Assembly (NCBI RefSeq): GCF_009914755.1
Contig: NC_060936.1
Source: the human T2T-CHM13v2.0 reference genome, Homo sapiens
Strand: one strand, 5' to 3'
DNA: 64,000 nucleotides
A program made the translations under genes and the position numbers. Positions 1 to 13,850 of the stretch are shown here, piece after piece. Below the pieces are notes generated by a model, which was not told where the DNA came from, ran no database searches, and saw nothing but the letters and a program-made list of their open reading frames with translations. Positions within the stretch are counted from its first letter, which is position 1. Each line of letters begins with the position of its first letter.

Positions 1-655
1 TAGTCATCATATTTTGCCTATACTACTGTAATGTCACCGCAACTAGAGTCCCTGCTTTCACTCCTCGTCCTACTACAATTACCTCTCTACATCCTAGGCA
101 AGTTGACCTTTTGAAAAATGTAAATAAGATTCTATAATTCCCCTGGTTAACACCCTTCAATGGATTTCCCTTGCATTTAAAGTACAATCAACATCCCTTA
201 TAATCCACAAATATCTAAATAATCATACTCCATCTAGGTCCTCAACTACATTCCCTACTCGTAAGCCCCTTACTAACTGGTTTTCCTTCATGTTTTCCAC
301 AGCTCCAAACCATATTCTGTCTCAGTTACTTTATACCTCCTGTTCAACCTGGCTAAAACAGTCTTCTACCACAAGCCTGACATGCCTGATTTCTTTGGTT
401 CATTACAGTCTTAACTAACAAGCCAACTCTTCCCAGACCACTCTCCACTACATGAATCTAGTTTTTCCTGATAACAGTAATTACTATCTCAAATGTCTAA
501 TTCACATATTGTTTTTGCATTGTCTGTCCATCTACCACTGCATTATACATTCGATCAGAGGAAAAACCTTGATTATCTTTCTCATTACTTTATCCTTAGC
601 ATCTAGAAAAATATATGGCACATACTACAAGGTAAATAAATATTTATTATTCAAC
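1..655 (+). mobile_element. Old LINE-2 3' fragment
   Basis: L2-like 3' motifs (acccttcaatggatttccc; terminal ggcacatactacaaggtaaataaatatttatt resembling the L2 gcacatagtagg...aataaatatttgttga end); boundaries approximate. Confidence 0.5.
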
Positions 656-904
656 ATATGGATTATATTATGACACTTTAAAATGCTTGTTTTGTATTTC
701 AATTGTTTACATATGGCTTGTGTGTCTTGTTAATCAGCAAGCTCCTTAAAAACCTAATCCATACCTGATTTATCATTAATACTTCACAATATAACTCGAT
801 ATAAATATATATGTGTGTATGTGTGTGTGTATTTAAGTAGATCACAAGTCTGACAGAGTGAGATTTGTGATCTACTTAGAACATCATGTATATTTTTTTC
901 TGAG

Positions 905-1156
905 ATGGTAAAATAGGTTTTCTAGTATCTAATAGCACAACAGTGTGGTTGTAGGCAGTAATAATTTAATTGTACATATTAAAATAACTAAAAGAGTGTA
1001 ATCAGATTGTAACACAAGGATAAATATTTGAGGTGGTAGATACCTCATTTACCCTGATGTGATTATTATGCATTGTATGCTTGTATCAAAATATCTCATG
1101 TATCACATAAATTTATATATACACTTACTATGTACCCACAAAAATGAAAAATAAAA
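905..1156 (+). mobile_element. L1MA-type 3' UTR fragment
   Basis: taccctgatgtgattattatgcattgtatgcttgtatcaaaatatctcatgta...actatgtacccacaaaaat followed by an A-rich end. Confidence 0.75.
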
Positions 1157-4100
1157 TATTATGAGCATATTCTGTAAAACAATACATTCCACAGTCAACC
1201 ATTTTACTTAATCTTCTAAATTGTGATTACAGCAAGTTCTCCTAATTAAAAGTAGAACCACAAAAATTGCTTAACATTGTTAAAACAGTAACTTAGTCTA
1301 TGTCTTATGGCTATTAATTATAGTTCTAGGAAGAAATTCCTCAACTTTCACTGCTGGAAGAACAGGCAGTCAAGGAACAAAGTTGACTACTTTGTGGTCT
1401 ACCTCTGTAATGTGCGTAGTTTCCTGCACTATTAACAAAGATGAAACCTCAAAATTCTACTATGGCCTTTTAAGTGTTTTTACTAATCATGTATAATTCT
1501 TCTCCATATGAGAAGGTAGTTATTACATGTCTACCCCATAAAAAGGTCCATGGTTTATCAATAGAATCTCTCTTATCTTCCAGAAAAACACAAGATCTTA
1601 TGTACAAAGCTGAAATAGATATCCTTTTAGGCTTTACTGTGGAAGACTGTGTTTTCCCAAAACAAACGCTCTTCTACTGAATGCTAAATTACCACACTTA
1701 ACCATAATTTCAGGGATTCCAGTGGGACTGAAAAGGATCAGAGTAAATAAGGAGCATTAAGAGTAACTAAAGGTATATGAGGTGGCTACAAAATGTCCCA
1801 ACCATTGGTTGAGAACAATAAACATGCACCAGAGGGCATATCAATAGGCCTCTCACACAAAGCTTCTAGCAGTCATACGCCATAATTAATGAGCCTGAAA
1901 ATTTGCTGAAGTTGGACCACTATCTGCATCAATGGAAATAAAATTTAAAAGACTCATAAAATGGTAGAGTTACTCAATTTCAAGATCTGATACACGGACC
2001 AATTTAATGTGATTATTAGAATAAACAGAAGTCAACTGCCATTGACTTTCAACCGACAATGTTATATAAATACACAAAATTATTTTAAATACTTCCATTG
2101 TAATTGTAAAATATTGTTTTCCACCAACTCAACTAAGATTATGGATTGCCAAACTGACCATATTACTGCCCGTTTCTTGGATTCTTTTCTTTTGATTATC
2201 ATATGTGAGTCAGTCTTAGCCCTGTATGATTCAGCCCCCTCCTACATATTTTTCTAAATCTTATTGCATTCCCTTCTCTTGTTCAAGCCTGTTGCCTGTG
2301 GGAGTTTAATAAATGCTAGCTAATTATGATGATGCTCATTTTATTTTCCTTTACCTCCATTTACTCCTCTCTTAAATATTTCTACATAGAGTTAATCAAC
2401 ATTTATTGAGCACCTACTCTACAGAGGAATAGCCTTCATCAACTCCAAGAGATTGTACTCTAATTTTCTTAATTGTATTGCAAAAATTATGATTTTGTCT
2501 ACCCTGTCAAAGATAGTTTTCCATGGAAGAGTGATTTTAAAAAAGTTCTTGCATGAACTATTTTACTATAATAATGTTTTCTCAATTAGGAGTTTAATCT
2601 CTTAGGAATGGGGTTTTGTCTTTGCATGTCTGGTACAGTACTAAACACAGTTTACCCATCCTAAAGAAACAAAATTAAAAGGTAGCCACTCAGAACATTC
2701 CTATAACTGTGTTGCTAAACTATCTCAAATGAGTAGGAGATATGCTCCACATTCAACAGTGAGGTCTGTGGAATCCATTCAGTCTCACCCACCCAACTTC
2801 ACTCATATGCATACCTGGCTGTGTTCTAGGGGGATGAGGGGAGGTAAGAGCATCCATAGAGAAGAACAAATGACCATGATTCTTGATTTGTTTTTCTACC
2901 AAAAGTCTGGTAAAGTTGTATGTCATCTATTTATTAGACATGGCCCTTTACCACTTGAAAGCCAGGAGCTGGGCCTAGGAGCAAGGAAGATGAGAGGTCA
3001 ACCTTGCATTTATGGATTCATTCTTTAAGTTACCCATGTATCCACTTAACATAAATGCACTACTGATCAGCTGTATTTTAAGAGTATATGTTGAATTTCT
3101 TTATTCAATCAACAAATATTTTTTGAGCACTTACTCTCTGGCTATCTAGGAAGGAAAAATACAAGTAAGGTCCCTGCTCTGATTGGACCTATACTCAATG
3201 ATTTTTTTAACAGAATGTTTAAATCACTTCATTTATAAAAGCAGGGTGCATTCTAGTCTGAAGATATAAACCTCTGAGTATAATTTTCCTTGTTTGTCAG
3301 CAGATTTAATTTGCATTGCTCATTCTTATACTTGAAATATCTTGTTTATTACTGCCAGTGCTAAACATCTTCCCAAGGCTCTACTCCACTTGCATAAATA
3401 CTTTGTACTTGTATGATCATTTATATTAGTAATCACTTTCAATTTTATCCAACAAATACACAAACTTTCTCTAGAAGGTGTAATACTACAACAGACTCTA
3501 CAAGAATGGAATCACAATATATTAAAAATAGTAAAGAATTAGCACTTAAGAAATCAATGTTGTGTTTTGCCAATGTTGTGTTTGGATGTCAAGAAATTAA
3601 TTAAGCAACCATACATTAAAGTCATTAGAATGCAGAAGTAAGCTGAACTTTTTCCTCTGACATATGCATGGTGCAGATATCATGAGGTTTCATTTTAGAA
3701 AGCTGATATGTAAGAGGCAAAGAGATTCCTTGTCAAGGACTGGTATTCATATACACCTGCAAGAGGTAAACACATACCCTTACTTCAACCTTATTTCATT
3801 TTCAGAACTACTATCAAAAGAATAGAGCCACATATTTGTGAATTATTTAGAGTTATCATCAGATCTCCTGGAACTACATGCCAATAACATAACATCAAAA
3901 CTTCCTGAGTTATACAGCCAACGAACACATTATCTAAATTAAATTGTTAGACAGCTTCAAACTTTTTAAAACTTTTCTCCAAAAAATTAATTTAAGTACT
4001 TCTCGCCTTGACATGTGTCAGGCACTGACACTGTAGATAATACATTTTATGTAGTACAAAGCTGGCTTAGATTTTCTTGAAAAACAATTCAGGTTTAACC

Positions 4101-7100
4101 TAGAGCTCAATTTTACCCTTGGCACAGCTCTCAGGATATTTTTGTCAGGGATAAAGCATTCCAGTCATTGTTCCTAATGAGCTATCCACTGCCAACTAAT
4201 AACTACTTAAGTTACCAGGTATAATCAGGGGAAATCACTTTCAGGAACTCCTGAGAATTTTGAAGATTTACATACTCAAATATCTGGCACTTCTCCATAC
4301 AATTTTGGATACATTTTAAATCTTGATTGGAAGGATAAACAAAATAGTGCATAATAATTTCCCACTCTGCAGAATTCACAAATTACCATACTTCTAATAA
4401 CAGAGAGAAGACATCCTTCTTGTCAGCAACTTTTACCCTAACCACAAAATTTAATTCTTTCTTCCGATGAAGCAATCATTGAATGATTTACTTCTAGTGA
4501 CAATATAATGTACTTGGCCTTAAGAACTGTTGTCTAAATATGTTCTAATTGATGCAAAAGCAACCTGGAATGCAAATTTTATGTATCAATTATAAAACAA
4601 TAAAGCTATAATATTTTATGCTAATAAATTCAGGACAAGCAAATTTTTTGGAGTCTTTTAATTTTAGGTTGATATTACAAGCATGTCTGCTACAGCCTGT
4701 GGTGGATATTCATATATCAGTACGTTTTGTGAAAGCCGAAGGGAACCCTTGAGATGACTTAAGGGAAAATGAGAGAAAACTAAATAGCACTTCAAAATAA
4801 TTTTAAGTGCCCTTTAAACTGGATTCAATATTTTTATATTCATTATTTTTTATCTTACAAATCACCTATGCAAACTATTCTAATTTCCTATTTTGAAAAA
4901 TACATTGGACACTATTTCATTATGGTAATGTTATGCTTCTAGCAAGGTTTGGTGAAAGTACCAACCAATTCTCTGTCTCCAAATCTTATTAATTAAAACA
5001 CTAAGAAATCATACCTTACAACCAAGTGTTCCAAAAAATGGTTTATAATAACATTCTAGTTATCTGAACTTTTACAAAATTTCTGATTGCTATTTAGACA
5101 CATTAACATTAAAACAATCCTTACCTTGAAAACCTAATCTAATATAAAGACAATCACATTCACAAATGGAATCTATGTGAATGGTAAATAGGTTCATAAT
5201 CTAAATCCAATTGTTGAATGTCCACATGAATCTCAAATGGACTGGTGTTTCATTATTTACTACTTTAGCTTTTATGTGAGGAACACTGGTTCCCTAGCGA
5301 CTTTTAGAAAACACTTTCAGAACTTGAACAGCTTACTGAAAAAATATCTAGACTCTCAAACATTTGTATTCTTCATGTTGAACAAAAAGTCTGATGAAGA
5401 AGATATGCATCAAGAATCTTTGGAATTCAGTCATAGAATATTCTGTTTTTCTGGAATCAAAATAAATAATTCATCTCCTAAAAGCAACAGATTCTCTTAA
5501 AACCGAAGTCTTCCAATTAAACATTACTACAATTAGAAAAATTCTAAAGATTAACTCTCATTGTAAACAGAAAGAATTTAGGTTGGTTCCATGTCTTTAT
5601 ATGAAAGTTTGAAATGAAAAGCCTGATTATATTTGGGCATACAAACTTTTTAGGCTTTATATTTAGGCATCTATTATTCTCAAATTTCCTGAATACTATT
5701 TCCCAAATTGTTGAACTAAATAATCTTTAAATTTAGAAAAAAATTATGTAGTAGGATAAGATTAGGTTGGTTTCAAAATCCATATAATTATGTGTCCATC
5801 TCTTTAGGTTTTGAATTATATTAAATATCAACTAACCCTTTAAAAAGTATTCACTTTTATATAATACCAGCTGATGTCACATGATGAATAGAGAATAAAA
5901 TAATTAGTATATTTATGGTTTGAGTAAAAATTATAATTCAGTTTACAAAACTGAATAAACAATTGTATTGTAGGTCTACCACATGGCAGGCACTGTCCTG
6001 GACATGAAAACACAATGGTGTCTAGACAGATATGACCCCACCTTCTCCAAGCTTTATGGTTTGTATTTTCTAAAATTTTGTATTGCCTCATACTTTGAAG
6101 TTTTAATTGCATCCTGTCTGTCTCTAAAACTCTCAACTATCCATTTATTATAAGCACATTTATAGTACTATCTCATGAGGTTCAATTTTGGGTAATTAAA
6201 TATCACTCCAAGAGTGACCAAAAATGAAAAGAGAGGCAGAGAATAGCATGCAGAAAAATTCTGTAAGCAGACTTTCTCAAAATTTTATGATCTTTAATCC
6301 CCAATGTTCCTTCTAACAGTTCATATATTTTCCTGCTGATAAAGATGCAATTATGCTCAAGTAGTTTTTTGTTATTGTTGTCTGTTATATATCATAAGGC
6401 ATATAAATATATTTGTTATCCAAATTCTTACTTTACATTGTACAATAAATTTTATATGTCTGTATTTGAAGAATATAGTGACTCTTATCAGATAACTGTC
6501 TTATCATAAATCACATTTTCCAAGAAAGGATAAATCACTCATCATTTAAGAAAAGATATTTTGTTTCTGTGCTTTAGAATGTGGTTATTCAAATCATTAT
6601 GGAAACTGTAAACAAAATGAGTAAACTTAATCTTGCAAATAATTTTCACCTGTGGTCTCACCTCTGCTAAGGTGAAAAAACAAAACAAAAGACCCTGTAT
6701 ATAGCATTAGTAAATACCAAAACAAATATTAATTCTATTTCAATACACTCTGTGATCTTTTCACTGCTTAATTTGAAATACCCATATTTTTGTGTCCTAG
6801 ACCACTGCTGTGGTTTAAATCTTTCTTAAGGATTGAAAAATACAAATCTGTAAAGGGAAATACTTTCATTAGAGAAGCTTACCCATATCCTTACTATTGC
6901 CACCTTTTCCAAAACACTTGCGTTTATAACAAAGCATCATCTTCAGGAGCCATTCCATTTTCTGAGAAACTTGAAATTCAACACTATTAAACTCTCTTTT
7001 TTATTTTTATTTTCACCTTTTCATAATTTTGCATAGAAAACTTTTAAAAAATGTTTGCATACTCACCTCCTCGAAAGAAAGCTAGTTTTATAGGTAGAGT

Positions 7101-8726
7101 AGATAGTAGAGTGGCAGAACTGATGTAATGAAATTGAAGAATGCACTTCCCTGAGGGAAACTCAGGGGCGCATGCAAAGTTTTATTGCCCTGTATTTGGC
7201 ATACCAATGACAGAAATCTCAAATTGCTAAAGCAAAACAAAAAAACCTCAAACAAACAAACAGAAAGCCCTGACTACAGGGATAGTATGCCAGAAACACA
7301 ACTTGATTTATGAAACCATAAAGTTTTCCAGAGTATTTTTATACATTTGATGACATTTAAACAAATGCCAAAATAATACTACAAAAATACCACTACAAAA
7401 ATATCATTTAAAAAACAGAGTATTTTTATTTTTGGCTTGGGGGAGGCTTTTCTGGAATATTCTAGAATATTTTAAAATGCATTGTCACCATCAAAACACA
7501 AATTTTAAATACTCAAACCACTTTATTTTAATATAGTTTCATTATCTTTAATTACCATAAATAGCATATTTGTGAAATATTGTCAAATTATTAGAAAATA
7601 AAGCTTACTTAGAAACTTTTACAGTATTTATTAAGGCCATTTACTTTCTAAAGGAAATTTTGTCACCTAAATCATGAATACATTTGGAATGAGTTAAAAA
7701 CAGGATTTTCAAAGTAGACATGTGTGCGCAAAATAAAGTATGGAGATTTACTTTAAAGTTGTATTACTCTATATTGTCATGTAGACACTTTAAAATAATT
7801 ATATCATTTCCTACCATGTAATTGTATCCTTTTGAATCTGCACTGAGCAAATTATGACAAGTACAAACAGGCATGATTGAGAGAAAAGTGGTGGACAATC
7901 CCCTATGCCAAAATAAATATATTTTTAAAAAAATATAGCCCATGTCTAAATTTATTCTCAAGTTTTTGGCATGAAAACGTAACATTTGATGTGTAAATAA
8001 AATATTTAATAAGACTAAGACAGACATACTGTCCCTAGAAAAATACGTGTGTGTATGTGTGTTTTGAGTAACTTATTTATACTATGGGCATTTCAAGCTT
8101 GAAATATCAAATCAAATCAAAGTAAAACAGTAATAATAAGGATTAGAGAGGATAGCTGCTTGAATCCTTCTTTAGTGCTTAAAACTACCTAAAATTCTCA
8201 AAGATTTTTTAAAGAATCAATTCAAACAAAGTTTCTCTCCAGAGTGTTTCCACTTTGGGAACATTCCAGGTTTCAGGAATGCCTCACTCTCAGGGGAGCC
8301 AAAGCATTGTTTCTGAATTGTATCAGCAGTTTTATTTTTCATCCTACTTAGTGGCTATAAATACTAGTTACATCTTTATCAAAGTTTTAATTATTTCTAC
8401 AATATTCTAAAGTTCTGTTGAGACAAAATGACACTTTTTATTGTACTACCCTCAAATGCCCAGGGCAACAAAAAAAGAAACTGTTTATGTTGCTAGTTGT
8501 GGAAACAGGACTGGTCAAAAGGGGAGAAAGGAGTCAAATATAATCACTCTTTATTCTCTGCGATCCTTGAGCTGGTCACTGCCATCATCAATACTGGGAG
8601 AATATCCTTACTATCTAGGTATTCATACTAGCCTAACTCCTTAGGCTAGGACTGTGTCCCCACGAAGCCTTTTTTTATCAGAATCTAACAACCACAAAAC
8701 ATATACTTTCACAGGTAGGGTCCAGA

Positions 8727-8769
8727 GTACACACACAAGACACACACACACACAGAGACACACACACAC
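8727..8769. repeat. Interrupted (CA)n/(TG)n microsatellite at the start of RASSF9 intron 1
   Basis: acacacacaagacacacacacacacagagacacacacacac read directly. Confidence 0.9.
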
Positions 8770-8791
8770 TTACTCACACGCTTGACTTTAC

Positions 8792-8838
8792 CTGTTTTTA
8801 TGCCGAGTCTTTAGCAAGTTTCTTCCAAAGGGAGCCAT
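8792..8838 (-). CDS. RASSF9: RASSF9 (Ras association domain family member 9 / P-CIP1) coding exon 1, partial gene; the rest lies left of the window
   Basis: Minus strand agaccATGGCT (strong Kozak) CCC TTT GGA AGA AAC TTG CTA AAG ACT CGG CAT AAA AAC AG|gtaaag = MAPFGRNLLKTRHKN-R, the recalled RASSF9 N-terminus; 47 nt, phase-2 GT donor at 8791-8790; RASSF9 is the known neighbour of NTS. Confidence 0.92.
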
Positions 8839-10130
8839 GGTCTGTCGGGCAAACGAATAAAGAAATTATCTTAAAGTGATCTGAGGGTGGGGGTGGGGGT
8901 GTCTGGATTTCCAGGGTGAAGGGAGGAGGGCTGGAAGCTTTCTCTTCTCCTCGGATGTTCCTGGCTTTCAGCTCATTAGTAGCCGGCTGAGAAAGTTGCT
9001 GGAAGTTGTGCAACTGCTGCTTAACTTTGAACTGCGGGATTGTTGTGGCTGCTGCACCTCTGGAGACCTGCCCAGCTTCAGCCTCGAAGAAGGCGTTTGG
9101 AAGCAGGAAAAGAAAAAAAAAAAAAGAAAGAGAGAGAGAGGAAAGGAGGAGGACTCTATTGTGTTCTGTAGTTATTTGCAGACTTAAAGAACTGCCAACC
9201 CCACAAGCATGGTAATACCAATGGAACGGGAGTTTCACTCGATCTGGAAATCCCCCCTCCCCCGCTTTCCACACCCAACCACACAAGGTGTACTGAACAC
9301 ACATAAAAGGATTAAAAGTAAATATCCCCCAACTCCTGGTCAGCTCCAGTCTGTGAAAAGTCATCTGATCATGGCAAGCATGAGGGATTGCTGAGAACTC
9401 TCTTTGCCAACTCATTCGACCCCAGATCCCCTGCCAGGGTGTCAGGACTTTAAAATATATTAGGGAGAGCGAAGCTGGAAACCAGATCAAGGTGGACTCA
9501 CAGACCACTTAGAATTGTTAAGTCCCTGAGTTCACGGTCTTAAGAGTTTCTTCCAGGCCCCTCCTCCACACTCTCAAGTTCATCTTGCAAAAGTCGAAGG
9601 ACCTGAAGGACCACAGGGCTCCAGGGCTGATGCATCACAGTTTGGTCTAGGAACCAGCTGGAGTTTAGTGTTTGACTCCCAAGGCGTTTATGTTGACCCC
9701 TACCCCATCTTTGACATTCACTGGGCCTTTAGAGCCCTGGGAATTTCAGAGGAAAAGCAAACTGCTCCTGCCCCTCGAGGAGTAAAGAAGACACACCTAG
9801 GGGATCTGCTGGAGCTCGAAATGTGAAGTGGAAGTCTAAGGGAGGGAGGGCTTCATCTGGTCCCAGGAGAGCTCGAATCCAGAAGCAGGGCAGAGGAATG
9901 GAGATGGGAGGGTTCGGGTGCCTGTGGGAGGCCCAGCGCAGCTCCCACCAGGTACCTGGCACTCATGGGAAAGCACTATTTAGGGGCAAGGGCCAGGAGA
10001 GCTTTCTCATGGACGTGTTTTACTGGGATTTTGCCCCTCCTAAAACCACCCCACCACCCTCCACCCCGCCAGGCTTCTAATCATGGGCTTCCCAGGCAGA
10101 CGATGAGGGAGGGAGGGAAAGGAAAGCCAA
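8839..10130 (-). promoter_or_regulatory. RASSF9: RASSF9 5' UTR and proximal promoter region (exact TSS not determinable, probably about 9050-9200)
   Basis: Non-repeat, GC-elevated segment with more retained CpG than its AT-rich flanks, directly upstream of the ATG; CACCC/GC-box-like tracts at ~9251-9280 and ~10048-10069. Confidence 0.6.
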
Positions 10131-10614
10131 CAAACTTGTGAGTTCTTTCTGAGCCTTGGCAAAGAATATGAATCGCTCCTACTTACTTTGGGAGTTTATC
10201 CCCTACCCCCAACAACACCAAACAAAAAAATAATCTCAAGGTCTTCCATGATTCTGATACACACTGATTTATGCAGTGCTCAGATAAATCATGTTTTTCA
10301 TTATTTATTATCATAATCTTTCTCTATTCATCTATATTTCATGTTTCTGTATGTGCATATACACATGTGTCCTATACTATTTCATTATTTATAATATTTT
10401 CTTTATAATTTTATATAATAAATCATATATTATATCCATATATGCACCCAAATCATTATGAAGTGAAAAACATTACAATAGCCAATGTTAAAGTTTAGTT
10501 ACCTTTTTATATCCCTGGGAGTTAGGATAACTAAAAAATACATACCCATCTTAATTTGATATGGTCAGTGATTCCAGAGAAAATCAAGACACCAAAAATA
10601 GTAATGACATGTTC

Positions 10615-10747
10615 TGTGTATATATATGTATATATGTACACATATATACATGTATAAACATCTGTATAAACATCTTCATCTTTGTAAACATAAGTATATA
10701 TATGTGTGTGTATATATATATATGTATTACATGCTATGTATATATGC
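10615..10747. repeat. Compound (TA)/(TG)/(CA) low-complexity microsatellite
   Basis: tgtgtatatatatgtatatatgtacacatatatacatgtat...tatgtgtgtgtatatatatatatg. Confidence 0.8.
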
Positions 10748-11409
10748 ACTTCACATGCAACATAAGCTACATAATCTTGGGTGTATTTCTGTTTCCGTTC
10801 TTGATTTTGTTTTACTAGCACCTCACAAGAAATGATTTAAACTATTATGGAAGTTTACCTAGTTATTCTAAGTTCTTCAAAATGTAATCCCTTAAAGCTA
10901 TACTGTTTACTTATTAATATAATTGTTGCAGTCAATTTGCAAATAATTTCACATTTGCAAATATCCCTGTTTCCTTTAGTTTCGGTTCTCCATGCTTAGT
11001 AACATTATTTATATACATATGTGTATTATATTTTTCAATAAAAGAGTTTTAATGGGGAATGAGGAAACAATACTATGTCTTTACTAGCATAATCTTGTGT
11101 TGAGTTTCAGGTTATCACAAATGAGTTTCATTTAGGTGTCATTAATCCTCACACAAAATGCCCTGTTAATATTTTTCATGACAAGCTCTTTGATGTATAA
11201 GAATTACACATAAAAGGGTTTGTACACATTAAATATATTCCATTTTTATTTGACAATTATACCTTAATAAAGCTGAAAGAAAAAGCACAAAGGGTTAATG
11301 TCTCTCAGATAGTAGAAGTGGAAAGGAATAAAAAAAACATGAATACTAATGCCTTAATAGAAAAATAAGCAAAAGCAATCTTAAAAGAAAGTAACGAAAC
11401 CATTGTTTT

Positions 11410-11594
11410 TTTTTAATTTTTAATTTTTTTATTTTTTTGAGTTAGGATCTTCCTGTGTGGCCCAGGCTAGAGTGCAGTGGCTATTCACAGGCACAATTGT
11501 TACACACTACAGCTTCAAACTCCTGAACTCAGGAAATCGTTTTGTCTCTCATCTAAGTAGCTAGTACTACAGGTATGTTCCACCATGTCCAGTT
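11410..11594 (-). mobile_element. FAM (fossil Alu monomer, 7SL-derived SINE)
   Basis: Single monomer carrying the 7SL/FAM-specific segment gtggctattcacaggc...cactacagc; T-rich tail; decayed flanking repeat aaaccattgttt / aaaccatgcttt. Confidence 0.8.
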
Positions 11595-11607
11595 AAAACC
11601 ATGCTTT

Positions 11608-11812
11608 AAAAAATTGACTACAATCAGCAATAATTTGTTGTATATTTTAGAATAATGAATAACAGAAGGAGTACAATTTAAAATGTTTGAAACACAAATA
11701 ATGAATGCTTGAAGAACTGAAAACTTCGTGTACCCTGAGGTGATTATTACACACTGTATGCTTGTATCAAAATATCTCATGTACCCCATAAATATATACC
11801 CCGTATATGTAC
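11608..11812 (+). mobile_element. L1MA-type 3' UTR fragment
   Basis: taccctgaggtgattattacacactgtatgcttgtatcaaaatatctcatgtaccccataaatatatac. Confidence 0.75.
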
Positions 11813-13067
11813 TAGTACTTTTAAGTAACCTTCACTAGTAACTAGGTATTGTATAGTTACATTGAAACAAGACTTTGTTTCACATCTACCAAATTGACTA
11901 CTTTTTAAAATGATGATGCTCAATAGTGTTCATATGATGATCATAGTATACTACTCTGCATAAATATTAAAAATTGGCATATCTTTTTTGAGAAATGAAT
12001 TTGGCTATGTAGAGCAATAACCTTCAAAATATTCAAACTCTCATTCAAGTTTTTCTCATAAAAACTTCTTGGAAGAAAATAATAAGTTTCAGAAAAAGTC
12101 TTATGCTAATTGATATTAATTCTGAGAACTAAATGAAATAATGCGTACCAATCGCTGACATATAGTGTTAACCTAAGTACTATTTTTATTATAGGGTTGG
12201 ATAAATTATCTCACACTTGAAAATAAAACAAATGGATGACTGCATGTTATTTCAAAGATATAATGGACTATTGTCTAATAGACCCTTTCAATGATTCTCT
12301 GGAAGAATGCATTTTTTCTTACTTACTATTTTTATTAGGCTGAGAGTCCATGAGATTAGATGTTAAATTGTTTTTTTAAAAAAGAGTAAATTTTGTTGTT
12401 CAGTAGCAATACTAATTATTTTATCTAGTAAGAAAGATAACACAAAAGTTGTAGTTTTATTGCCTTGTAGAACATCAACCAACTTTACATTTATTTAATT
12501 TTCTTTCAGCATTCTGTCTTTAATTCACTGTTTATCCATAACAGTCTTTCTTACTCTCTTTTGGACCAGCTTTATAATTCTGCTGGATCCTTCACTAATG
12601 AGTTAAGTCAATTTTGTCACTTGCTCGCTACATAATTGTATGAAATTCATGTTTTGGCTTCCTGAAAATTACATCCTGAAAAACTATGAGAATACATTAA
12701 TCCCTTTTCTGAACAAATAAGAAGTCTTTATAGAAGAAAAATGGCTACTTATCCATATAATTTCTACTTTTCTTAAACCATAAAATGTGCAAAAAATGTT
12801 TGATAGTAGAAAATATAATGTCCTTTCATTCATTTATGATATGAAGCTCAGACAAAATAGATAGAAAAGATGTATTCCCTTTCAAATAGATTAACATATG
12901 AAAAATCAACATTGAAGATGACATATTATACCTGAAAAAGAATAAATGTATATTCTCCGCAATTAAATGAAAATTATTTAATCTTTGGTTGACTTGATAT
13001 CAAAAGCTAGGCATTGTTAAAACATGTAGTCTGGTAGAGACCCGGCCTGTTACCATATGAAGTCTTA

Positions 13068-13369
<302 letters not shown>

Positions 13370-13681
13370 CATATGAAGATGTATTAATTTCCTTTCTGAC
13401 AATTAAATTTCACAACTATTTGGGCTGATCTAATGCATGCAAAGAATGGAGAGCAAAGTCTTTGTACAGCTCCCTGACCGTTTACATCAATGTCTTGATT
13501 TTCTTCCTCCTGCAATACGTTATAAAACTAAAGTTTTAAAAATATCACTCTCATTTTCATCTTAAATCCTTTAAAGACTCTTAGAATTCAGCACAAACTC
13601 TGTAGGTTATCATTCAAGGCTCTTTATTACACAAGCTTTTCTGACTTTTAGCTTTAGTATACATGACTTCACTAAAGGGGT

Positions 13682-13850
13682 GGCAGATATGGCGTGAGAG
13701 TTAAGAGTGTTAAGTTTTGGAGCTGTACAGACAAGGATCCATGTCACAGCTCTGTCACTTCCTAGTAGAGACCTTGGGTAAATTACTTAACCTTCCGAGC
13801 CTCAGTTTTCTGATCTGATAAATGGAGAAAATAATAATAATGCAACCTCA
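13682..13850 (+). mobile_element. MIR
   Basis: gaccttgggtaaattacttaacctt..gagcctcagttttctgatctgataaatggag core. Confidence 0.75.

Noticed and set aside
9100-9152. Long minus-strand polypyrimidine tract as a splice acceptor for an upstream RASSF9 exon
   Set aside because: No YAG directly after the tract (first AG is in GAG about 20 nt on) and no upstream exon identifiable; treated as UTR/promoter simple repeat
8798-9508. 236-aa minus-strand ORF overlapping RASSF9 exon 1
   Set aside because: Non-ATG start, out of frame with RASSF9, runs through low-complexity tracts (LSLSFFFF, PPPPP), and its ATGs lie upstream of the probable TSS; no recognisable domain
10531-10835. Three overlapping Y/I/H/C-rich ORFs
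   Set aside because: Translations of the TA/TG microsatellite
905-11812. Similarity between 905-1156 and 11608-11812 as a local duplication
   Set aside because: Both are L1MA 3' ends; similarity is confined to the repeat and does not extend into flanks
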